The notes under the pieces are model-generated. The model saw only the letters and a program-made list of their open reading frames with translations. It was not told the DNA's origin and did not search any database. DNA of 61,674 nt, the filler included, from a bacterium (GTDB lineage: Bacteria; UBP15; UBA6099; JAJRTR01), in assembly GCA_024278215.1 (NCBI GenBank). It is 6 parts of 6 records of this genome, joined end to end, with 100 filler letters (N's around TTAATTAATTAA, not from the genome) between each part and the next. Parts side by side here need not be neighbours in the genome. Positions count along the whole stretch, not along the records: positions 40,213 to 57,010 come from JAJRTR010000142.1; positions 57,111 to 61,674 come from JAJRTR010000155.1; 4 more parts are not named here. One strand, written 5' to 3'. Shown in pieces: positions 54,601-61,674 of this stretch (position 1 is the first letter of the stretch; every line of letters begins with the position of its first letter). The position numbers and the translations under genes were made by a program.

Positions 54601-57009
54601 GGTTCCATCGTAATATGTGGAAACAACATTGTACACGCCCTCGTAACTCGAGGAATCCTCTGTGCCGCCTGTGTAGTCGGCGATAACAAGGCAGCCGCTT
54701 CCCGGTTTCTGTATCGTACCCGGGTCGCCCGCGTCGCCCTCGTCTATCAGGCCGTCGCAATCGTTGTCTAACCCGTCGTTGCTTGTCGGCACCGCGGGGA
54801 AATTGTTCTGTATCACCCTGATCGGCGCTGTCGCTCCGATAAATTTATTGCAGTAGAACGATATCGTTATGTTGTCGTCGGGGATTTCGCCTGTCACGCC
54901 GTCGCGGTCCCTGTCGTTGGAAGCCGGGTCGGGGTCCGCCGAATTTATTATGCACTCGGGGGGCTCCGAATCTATTATGAACGTGCCGCCCGTCGCCGCC
55001 TTCACAGCGTCGAGCGCGTTGTTGTACAGGTCTTCCGTCGTAAACTTCACTTCCACTTCACCGTCGGTGTAGACCATATTGGCGTCGATCTCCATGATAG
55101 CCCTGAATGTTGTCGACGAACTGGAAGGCACCGGCACTGTCGTCGTGGATTCCATAAGGAACGTCTGGTATGTCCCGAGCACCGGCATCGCGGTCGACGT
55201 CGCCACCGGTTCGCTCATCGTAATGTCCATGCAGACGACTTTGTCCGGGTCGCGGTATGTGTCGCCGGTAACAGGGATTCCGTCACCATTTACAGGCATG
55301 GGCACCGTGCAGTTTTCATCGGTGTAATAAGAAACGGAAACAGAGGGCGGATGTGTGTCGACAAAGAAACTGAAATAAGGCTGGTCGGTTGCGACAAGCG
55401 GCGCCTGTGGATTATACGGCCCGAGATTTATCGCGCCATCGGCCGGCGCCACGCGCCAGTAATAAGGTGTTTCGGCGGGCCGTTCGTCCAGCACGGGCAT
55501 GTTGTAGTAGTTGTAATCGACGATCTGATTGAATATCATCGTACCGTCCTGGAAATCGGATGTCGTGGAAACCTGGAGCCGCCACTGCGCTATCTGCCAG
55601 TACGGTGTGTCGGAATAATCGCAGACATTTCCGTCTTCGTCGACGTCTCCGTCCAGGTCGTCGTCCACCCCGTTTATGCACTCTTCATCAGTACTGCCGT
55701 CGACATCGTCGTCGGTGCCGTTGCCGAGTGTTGTCCATGTCAGGGTCGGGTTTGTTACCGTCCCGGCAGTTGACAGACAACTCATGTTCGCGCGTGCCAC
55801 TTCTCCGTTGCAGGGCGCGATGGGGAAGCTGATAGCCGGCGTCGCGGGCGCTACTATGTCTATGGCGAAGAACTGGCCCGAGTTCAAGTCCGTATCCGGC
55901 TCGACAACCGGGCTCGACGACACGAAATTCGGCACACCGTCGTCATTGTAGGCGTCGGCTGTGTCGGGGTCGCCGTCTTCTCCGGCGTCGTCTCTCTTCT
56001 GGTCTGCGTCGAACTGGTCCGCATCCGCCTGCGCGTCTGTTTCGTGCCATTTCCGGTTGTGGAGCATATCCATATACTTCATAGTCACGGCGGCGTAGCC
56101 GTTTTCTATAGTATCGTCGATCTCGAAGCAGCCTCTGAATATTGCACAGGGCGCCGCCGACGGGTCGTAGGCGATGCAGTTTTCCCCCGTGCACCAGTTG
56201 CAGTCTGTGTTCTGGCTGCAATTCGTGTACAGGGTCGGCGTGGCATAATCGCCCGGCTGGGGTTCGCCCTCGTAAGCCGGTTCCGCATAATCCGGTTTAA
56301 AAATATAAAATGAAGGGGTGGCACCCAGGTATTCGTCCGCTGCCGCCTGGATGTACATGTTGCCCTTCGGCACAATCGCCATCAGCGGAGTGACTGCGCC
56401 TCCGTCGTGGTCGTGATCGAGAATCTTGAATTTGTTGCTGAACGTCTCGCTCGAATAATAATCGACGTCGATAACCGGCGGTGTGTTGTCCACCCAGACG
56501 GATGTGTTTGTTGTGGCTTGCACTTCGGTTACCTCGTTGCCCACTCCGTCAGTACCTGAAAATGTGAAAACATATTCGCCTTCTTCGAGCCCGATGGGCG
56601 GCGCGTCACTGGCGGCCGGGCGTCCAACGCGCCAGGCGTAATGGTAAACAGTGTATCCATAAGCGAGGCCCTTGCAGGCTTCGTGCGTTGTGGCGTCGGT
56701 AACATCAGTCTGCGTACATACCCATTCCATAGAGTCGCCGTTCGTGGATGTTGTACCTTCGGGGTCGACTCCGTTGACGAAAATCCTTGGCAGTGTCATG
56801 CAGGTATCCTGGACGGTGTTCCCCGCATAGTTGTCGCCGGTGATGGCGCGGCTCCACAGCTGATATGCACTACAGACTTTGTCGTCGGCATGTGAGTCGT
56901 CGCCGGGGTTGAACTGGTGGTTTTCGTCGACGTAGCCGTTGCCGTCGTTGTCGATCCTGTCCGGGTTCGAAGCTTCGGGATATGTGCTTGATGAATAGGC
57001 GACGTCTTC
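51643..57009 (-). CDS. Giant acidic multi-Ig/FN3-like surface protein (>1788 aa, 5'-truncated)
   Basis: Frame stays open from ATG 56799 to the contig edge (EDVAYSS...DRIDNDGNGYVDE...); D..PP domain linkers, YYWRV strands, DGxDNDGDGxxDE loops, GWN tail. Confidence 0.85.
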   Translation of the reverse strand, partial: EDVAYSSSTYPEASNPDRIDNDGNGYVDENHQFNPGDDSHADDKVCSAYQLWSRAITGDNYAGNTVQDTCMTLPRIFVNGVDPEGTTSTNGDSMEWVCTQTDVTDATTHEACKGLAYGYTVYHYAWRVGRPAASDAPPIGLEEGEYVFTFSGTDGVGNEVTEVQATTNTSVWVDNTPPVIDVDYYSSETFSNKFKILDHDHDGGAVTPLMAIVPKGNMYIQAAADEYLGATPSFYIFKPDYAEPAYEGEPQPGDYATPTLYTNCSQNTDCNWCTGENCIAYDPSAAPCAIFRGCFEIDDTIENGYAAVTMKYMDMLHNRKWHETDAQADADQFDADQKRDDAGEDGDPDTADAYNDDGVPNFVSSSPVVEPDTDLNSGQFFAIDIVAPATPAISFPIAPCNGEVARANMSCLSTAGTVTNPTLTWTTLGNGTDDDVDGSTDEECINGVDDDLDGDVDEDGNVCDYSDTPYWQIAQWRLQVSTTSDFQDGTMIFNQIVDYNYYNMPVLDERPAETPYYWRVAPADGAINLGPYNPQAPLVATDQPYFSFFVDTHPPSVSVSYYTDENCTVPMPVNGDGIPVTGDTYRDPDKVVCMDITMSEPVATSTAMPVLGTYQTFLMESTTTVPVPSSSSTTFRAIMEIDANMVYTDGEVEVKFTTEDLYNNALDAVKAATGGTFIIDSEPPECIINSADPDPASNDRDRDGVTGEIPDDNITISFYCNKFIGATAPIRVIQNNFPAVPTSNDGLDNDCDGLIDEGDAGDPGTIQKPGSGCLVIADYTGGTEDSSSYEGVYNVVSTYYDGTAQMILGDTATSSPFFLTDQVGNPIYDSNTFEVDTTGPPSPTLNTPAAGETLNTATPKFGWTMSSAPSDMLEYSLEVATSAAFTNIAANAVITDNGQTNYNYTLLIDDIAECDNYTYEGCDGYTTYTTCSADENCLWDSGYYCAGYSTQASCENDTYCEWEAGYSCSGYSSEDDCENDSNCDWASSTCSSASCTTQVPPSCGPDTGASCPGLADGDYYWRVIAFDEAYNRSGSGFTRMFTVDSSPPGLPIFNAVTTPTSNTTSPLSGTAMTGTNIEKNAQVNIYVNDIYIGTVTTDENGAFDLGTNINDPEGIDYDNDGYVNEDPVNGADDDGDTKIDEDPPGIFLREGENVIEGIVIDAGGNVGSKGCSSLTPFYDSSKGQCIIVLDSGAPKFLVTYYSDAALTIPLETIDGATGKQTAKAGDVYMHITALEVGGLPNPPTFSVDQQGDQDISNKITESIDGSNVYFRGVFTVHSESIDDYIDGDAEIIVIGEDSEGNVTPDDTLPEHGAYLNIDTKAPTFSVTYWLDSNLLEPMKTSVDLYPISKAGNVYMRITTNERLSDVPTVNINQPGSTDDSNAATALDTTYKLFKSTYTVNTDDGSSYIDGYTSVTFDATDMAGNAASGTAPLLGATFITDTKAPKAPDIVLTTDGSPLETFFTQVTSLDSYVYDQSNNPEPYAYVEVFVKLDLDMGADDQLDNDGDGRADEEPNGADGIDNDGDTFIDEDISNNTCGTGEIWDTIFSECTNPASDTALPNGTAQANGNGVFQITVSGLLFGVNYLHARATDKAGNVSGYGSTSEIVISDGPPTVTLQHTFSAGWNLVGVPLQPAIGEVSAALGLNGMTFFEISNKKYIYKSHSAPVPGKCYWVYFEAQTTAKSTGIASTTNQVQLYKGWNMVSVPYNLPIAWNNEMAVSYKGVTYQMGSTDADKYIEPYIYEYNGSTEPYGYEDKIGIDDDHIMQPWVGFMIKALEDCTLLFPDQFEP

Positions 57010-57010
57010 G

Positions 57011-57110
57011 NNNNNNNNNNNNNNNNNNNNNNNNNNNNNNNNNNNNNNNNNNNNTTAATTAATTAANNNNNNNNNNNNNNNNNNNNNNNNNNNNNNNNNN
57101 NNNNNNNNNN
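57011..57110. other. Artificial contig linker
   Basis: N-run with TTAATTAATTAA. Confidence 0.98.
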
Positions 57111-57598
57111 GCAACGGGCACGTGCGTAAACGGCGGACTATCGTTACTGTTCGCAGTGCTGTCGCCGTTCCGCGTGTGTTGCGACGCTGGTCCCGTTCCC
57201 GCGCCGATGATTTCTTTCGCCAGCACATAAACGAGCACACAGTTGACCGAACCGAGAACCGCCTGGGTGATCCGGGCGGCGGCGAAGTTGTGCCCGAACA
57301 GGAAATAGATAATTGCAAGAAAAACACTGTACAGGGGTGCCTGGTAGAATATCTTTTCGGGCAGCGCGCCGCCCACCATGTTCCACGCGCGTGTGTCGTA
57401 CATCTCAGCGTCTATCAGGGGCGCGTTGAAAAAAGGCGTCTTTGCGAAGTAGTGAAGATATGCAAGTCTGAGCGCAAGCGCAAGCGCGAAAATCACATAA
57501 ACCCACGGGTCTTTCAACAGTCCGGCGTGGCGGCGATTCTGCGCGGTCGGTTCGGGCGCAGCCCCATTCTTCTTTTTTTTCCCTTTGCTTTTTCCCAA
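57111..57598 (-). CDS. ArnT/PMT-like (GT39) membrane glycosyltransferase, N-terminal part
   Basis: LALRLAY, D...YD..A, FYQAPLY..FLA.IY.LFG, QAVLGSVNCVLVY. Confidence 0.75.
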
Positions 57599-57726
57599 CG
57601 GGACATTAACCTTTTGTTGTGAATCCTGAAATCAGCGTATCAGAAAAGTACAGATGCTTCAAGACAGTATTGTTTTGTGGTGTTCCCCGCCTGTTTTACG
57701 GAATCGTTGATTGCATCCGAGAATCG

Positions 57727-57772
57727 GCACAAAAATGTGCAGACAGCACAAACGGGCAGCACAAAATTGTGC
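57727..57772. promoter_or_regulatory. Tandem palindromic enhancer-like sites (NtrC-like) upstream of glnA
   Basis: GCAC-AAAAAT-GTGC (57727-57740) and GCAC-AAAATT-GTGC (57759-57772), 32 bp apart. Confidence 0.6.
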
Positions 57773-57892
57773 CGTATTTGTTCGATTCTATTGTCGTTTA
57801 TTACACGTAAATATTTTTCTGAAGAATTCTTTTCTGTATTTTAAAGGACTTTTTCACAATATCGAGTAAAATCCCGATGTGTTAAGATTATT

Positions 57893-57912
57893 TGGCAAAG
57901 ATATTGTATAAT
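57893..57912 (+). promoter_or_regulatory. Sigma54-like -24/-12 promoter overlapping a TATAAT
   Basis: TGGCAAAGATATTGTA has exact TGGCA-N6-TTGC spacing but GT at -12; TATAAT at 57907-57912. Confidence 0.5.
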
Positions 57913-58020
57913 AAGCGCTGTAGAATAACGCAGGTGTGAAGCGAAAGAAATGTGCTCAACCTGACGGGAGTGAGTAAGAACTCACAAATATATTAACGAA
58001 ATGAAAGGAAGGTCAGGAAA

Positions 58021-59355
58021 ATGAAAGGTGCAACGACCAAGGAAGACATCATCAAAATCTGCAAAGAGAAGAACGTCAGTTTTCTGCGACTCTGGTTCAC
58101 GGATATTCTGGGCCAGGTGAAAAGCTTCTCCATTACAATGAATGAACTGGAAACAGCGCTGGAGCAGGGTATGGGGTTCGACGGTTCGTCGATCACCGGC
58201 TACCAGAGCATCGAGGAAAGCGACATGATCGCGATGCCGGACCTCTCCACATTTGCGCTTGTGCCGTGGCGGCCCCAGGATAAGCCCGTGGCGAGAATGA
58301 TCTGCGACGTGCTCACACCCGACCGCAAACCCTATGTCGGCGACCCCCGCTATGTGCTAAAGAGAGCGCTCAAAAGAGCGAGCGACATGGGCTACGATCA
58401 CTTCTATCTTGGGCCGGAACTCGAATTCTTCTATTTCAAGGACGACAAGGGCACGGAAGTCCTCGACAAAGGCGGTTACTTCGACCTGACAAGCCTCGAC
58501 GTGGCAAGCGACCTGCGCCGCGACACGGTCAATGCTCTCGAGGCCATGGATGTAAGGATCGAGTACAGCCACCACGAAGTAGGCCCCAGCCAGCACGAAA
58601 TAGACATGAGATATGACGACGCCCTCAAGATGGCCGACAATGTCATCACATATCGCGTCGTCGTCAAAGAGATAGCGATGCAGCACGGTGTGTACGCGAC
58701 ATTCATGCCCAAACCGATATTCGGTGTCAACGGCAGCGGCATGCACTCGCACCAGTCGCTGTTCAAGGGCAAAGACAATGCGTTTTTCGACAAGAATGAT
58801 CCGGAAGGACTTTCCGACGACGCGAAGCGATATATCGCCGGACTGCTGAAACACGCCCGCGAGATGAGCGCTGTTTTCGCGCAGACAAATAACTCATATA
58901 AAAGGCTCGTTCCGGGCTATGAAGCGCCCGTCTACATCGCATGGTCGCGCAGGAACCGCTCGGCGCTCATCCGTGTGCCGATGTACAACCCCGGCAAGGA
59001 AGCCGCCACAAGGGCGGAACTAAGGTGCCCGGACCCGGCCTGCAACCCGTATCTTACGTTTGCCGCCATGCTCCATTGCGGACTCGACGGCATAGAGAAG
59101 AAATACGATTTCACAGACCCGATCGAGCAGAACCTTTACGACCTGAGCGCGGAGGAACGCAAGGAAATGGGAATCGAGGAACTACCCAGCAATCTCGGCG
59201 AAGCTATCGAGATCACGGCCGGAAGCGAGATCATAAGGAAAGCGCTCGGCGATCACGTTTTCGAGCACTTCATCAGGCTTAAAAGACAGGAGTGGGAAGA
59301 TTACAGAATCCAGGTCACACCTTATGAACTGGAAACGTATCTTTCGATATTGTAG
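58021..59355 (+). CDS. glnA: Glutamine synthetase type I
   Basis: FDGSSI, SHHEVGPSQHEI, FMPKP..GVNGSGMH, RLVPGYEAP, NRSALIRVP, ELRCPDP. Confidence 0.98.
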   Translation: MKGATTKEDIIKICKEKNVSFLRLWFTDILGQVKSFSITMNELETALEQGMGFDGSSITGYQSIEESDMIAMPDLSTFALVPWRPQDKPVARMICDVLTPDRKPYVGDPRYVLKRALKRASDMGYDHFYLGPELEFFYFKDDKGTEVLDKGGYFDLTSLDVASDLRRDTVNALEAMDVRIEYSHHEVGPSQHEIDMRYDDALKMADNVITYRVVVKEIAMQHGVYATFMPKPIFGVNGSGMHSHQSLFKGKDNAFFDKNDPEGLSDDAKRYIAGLLKHAREMSAVFAQTNNSYKRLVPGYEAPVYIAWSRRNRSALIRVPMYNPGKEAATRAELRCPDPACNPYLTFAAMLHCGLDGIEKKYDFTDPIEQNLYDLSAEERKEMGIEELPSNLGEAIEITAGSEIIRKALGDHVFEHFIRLKRQEWEDYRIQVTPYELETYLSIL

Positions 59356-59423
59356 AAACGACAGCCCGACAGGGAATACTCCATAATAGTTGACAATCCG
59401 CAAATGGCGGTGCCCTCCGGGGC

Positions 59424-59447
59424 ACCGCCTCAAACGGCGGTTTTTTT
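59424..59447 (+). terminator. Terminator after glnA, overlapped by an alternative hairpin
   Basis: ACCGCC-TCAAAC-GGCGG-T7. Confidence 0.55.
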
Positions 59448-59594
59448 CTAAAAAACAAATATAAGGTCGTTGTATTGGGGGTATTGCCCCGGCGTTTTAT
59501 TGCCGGAGACGGTTGCTGTATTGTCTCGGGTTTTTATCGCGCGCGGGGTAAGCCCCACTTTTTATGTGCGAATTTTCGCCGCAAAAAACACAAT

Positions 59595-59703
59595 TCTATG
59601 CGAAGACGTACCAGGATAGTGCGTTGAGGAAGGTTTTGCGGTGCCGGCGCAACCTGGAATAATCACAGCCGTACGCGGCAGAACCGAATTTCGCAATCGG
59701 CTC
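59595..59703 (+). mobile_element. Highly degenerate family A copy
   Basis: CGTAC..GTGCGTTGAGGA..TTTTG...CAGCCG.ACGCGGCAGAA..AATTTCGCAATCGGCTC parallels the right half of A. Confidence 0.55.
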
Positions 59704-59788
59704 GATAGTGCATGTTTTACGCGCATTGCCGCAGGAGCATGTTTTCGTGCAGCCGCAAATAACAAAATACTATAAGGAGAGCAACAGG

Positions 59789-61108
59789 ATGAGAAAGGTT
59801 CTGACTAGCCTGGCAGTTTTAGTTGCAACAACATTCGGCGCGGCCAGTGTCGCGGCGGCAGAGGGAAAGGCGGCGCTTGAGATCAACTCGGGAGATACCG
59901 CCTTCGTTATGATATGTGCCGCGCTTGTTTTGCTCATGACCGTGGGCCTGGCATTTTTTTATGGCGGTCTTGTGCGTCGGAAAAACGTGTTGTCGATTAT
60001 GATGCAATGTTTTTTCGCCATGGCTCTGCTCAGTGTCCAGTGGGTGCTGTTCGGCTACAGCCTGGCGTTCGGGCCGGATGTAGGCGGCGTCATCGGCAGC
60101 CTCACATGGGCCGGACTCAGGGGCGTGGGGCTCACGCCGTCCCCTGTCTATGCCCCGACAATTCCACACGCGCTTTTCATGATCTTCCAGGCAATGTTCG
60201 CGATCATCACGCCCGCGCTCATCATCGGTGCGTTCGCCGAACGCATGAAGTTCAGCGCGTACTGTCTGTTCACGCTTCTGTGGGCGACACTCGTGTATGA
60301 TCCCGTGTGCCACTGGGTGTGGGGCGGCGGTTTCCTGGGCAGCAGCGGAGCAATGGACTTCGCGGGCGGCACAGTCGTCCACATCACGGCAGGCGTTGCG
60401 GCTCTTGTGTGCGCACTTGTGCTCGGCAAGAGAAGCGGCTATCCCAAACGTGCCATCGCGCCGCATAATCTCCCATTCACAATACTGGGCGCGGGCATAC
60501 TGTGGTTCGGGTGGTTCGGGTTCAACGCGGGTAGCGCGCTCGCCGCGGACGGTATCGCGGTCGCCGCGTTCATAACGACGAATACCGCGGCGGCGGCGGC
60601 GGCTCTGACATGGGGCATCGTCGAATGGTTCATACAGGGCAAGCCTACAATACTCGGCCTGGCCACAGGTGCCGTTGCGGGGCTTGTGGCGATAACCCCG
60701 GCAGCCGGTTTTGTCGGGCCCATGTCGGCTATCCTCATCGGTATCGGCGCAGGCATCTTCTGCTACCTGGTGGCAGTCGTCATAAAAGGGAAACTCGGTT
60801 TCGACGATTCACTCGACGCCTTCGGGGTACACGGCATCGGTGGCCTCTGGGGCGCGCTGGCAACCGGCCTGTTCGCTTCCACATTGATAAATCCCGGTGC
60901 CGGAAACGGTCTTTTCTTCGGCAACGCGGCTCAGTTCCTGATACAGATCAAAGCCTGCATCGTTACAATCGGCTACACAGCAATCGCAACGCTCATAATA
61001 CTGAAACTTGTCGATATGACGGTAGGTCTCAGGGTCAAACATGAGGAAGAGAGCATGGGGCTCGACCTGACACAGCACCACGAGCGTGGATACACGCTGA
61101 TAGACTGA
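59789..61108 (+). CDS. amtB: Ammonium transporter
   Basis: FYGGLVRRKN, FQAMFAIITPAL..GA.AER, DFAGGTVVH, LWFGWFGFNAGS, DDSLDAFGVHG; AAGGAG SD. Confidence 0.97.
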   Translation: MRKVLTSLAVLVATTFGAASVAAAEGKAALEINSGDTAFVMICAALVLLMTVGLAFFYGGLVRRKNVLSIMMQCFFAMALLSVQWVLFGYSLAFGPDVGGVIGSLTWAGLRGVGLTPSPVYAPTIPHALFMIFQAMFAIITPALIIGAFAERMKFSAYCLFTLLWATLVYDPVCHWVWGGGFLGSSGAMDFAGGTVVHITAGVAALVCALVLGKRSGYPKRAIAPHNLPFTILGAGILWFGWFGFNAGSALAADGIAVAAFITTNTAAAAAALTWGIVEWFIQGKPTILGLATGAVAGLVAITPAAGFVGPMSAILIGIGAGIFCYLVAVVIKGKLGFDDSLDAFGVHGIGGLWGALATGLFASTLINPGAGNGLFFGNAAQFLIQIKACIVTIGYTAIATLIILKLVDMTVGLRVKHEEESMGLDLTQHHERGYTLID

Positions 61109-61127
61109 ATGGAGAGGACAGCAGAAG

Positions 61128-61463
61128 ATGAAATACATAGTAGCAATCATACAGCCGAACAGGCTTGAAGATGTGCAGAAGGAACTCAAGGATCGCGCCG
61201 TCTATCTTATGACAGTCAGCGAGGTGATCGGCTGCGGCCGGCAGGGCGGCATAACACCGGTTTATCGCGGCCAGAGGGAAATGAAACATTTGCTGCGAAA
61301 AGTCAAGATAGAGATAGCGGTCAACGAGAAATACGTCGACGCGACCATCGACGCGATCAAACGGGGCGCGCGAACCGGCAATATCGGCGACGGAAAAATA
61401 TTCGTACTCGATCTCCACGATGTGCACCGCATCCGCACGGACGAATCCGGCAGCGAAGCGATC
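61128..61463 (+). CDS. glnK: P-II nitrogen regulatory protein (112-aa domain; no stop codon, frame runs to the window end)
   Basis: MKYIVAIIQP..LEDV, GCGRQGG..VYRG, ARTGNIGDGKIFV, RIRTDESGSEAI; follows amtB; absent from the ORF track. Confidence 0.93.
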
Positions 61464-61674
61464 GCGCTGGGGCAGGGGACAGGACGCCATCATTATCTGC
61501 ATACGGTACGGTTTGCCAATGCCCTGGGGACACCGAACTGGTATGAACCGGGCCTGGCCCAATGCTTTATCCCGAGAATTTCGGTCAGTTATCTAATGTA
61601 TGGTGGTTTTGTGGTAGGTGATTACTACGGTGATGTGCCGCCGAAATGCATTATGTTCTGGGGTCACAATCCAC
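61464..61674 (+). other. Internal fragment of a molybdopterin-dependent oxidoreductase, in frame with glnK
   Basis: ALGQGTGRHHYLHTVRFANALGTPNWYEPGLAQCFIPR...PKCIMFWGHNP. Confidence 0.7.

Noticed and set aside
11879-57110. Five identical N-flanked TTAATTAATTAA motifs
   Set aside because: Artificial contig linkers; ORFs running into them, and adjacency across them, are not biological
1-61674. CRISPR array, tRNA or rRNA genes
   Set aside because: No regularly spaced repeat-spacer run and no recognisable tRNA or rRNA; the repeats are dispersed

Overview
This window is six unrelated bacterial contigs (1-11878, 11979-23722, 23823-30537, 30638-40112, 40213-57010, 57111-61674) joined by artificial N/TTAATTAATTAA linkers, so gene order across the linkers means nothing. 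The organism is flagellated and probably anaerobic and diderm: it has a GT9 heptosyltransferase and a PorV-like barrel, but a Firmicutes-like ffh-rpsP-khpA-rimM-trmD-rplS-lepB order. Housekeeping content: asd, pabA-pabB-folE-fhs, an ECF sigma/anti-sigma triad, rpsT, lsrF plus a Zn dehydrogenase, ftsEX and glnA-amtB-glnK. Most notable: (1) a ~14.6 kb locus of secreted proteins. It holds a PorV/PorQ-family barrel, a Cys-rich protein with a T9SS-CTD/FlgD-Ig-like tail, a dockerin protein, two paralogous HEFFH metallopeptidases with swapped anchors, and a >1788-aa acidic giant that shares its C-terminal domain with one peptidase. It may encode a modular surface complex. (2) Four tandem short flagellins with mosaic sequence, conserved GGA-loop (CsrA-type) leaders and one clear sigma28 promoter. 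(3) At least three dispersed MITE/palindrome families. (4) Smaller oddities: GlnK reading in-frame into a molybdopterin-oxidoreductase fragment, an ACG start codon, an Ig-like domain on LepB, a small protein ending in a FliF-tail-like peptide, and an NtrC-like enhancer pair. All family assignments come from motif recognition by eye; no searches were run.
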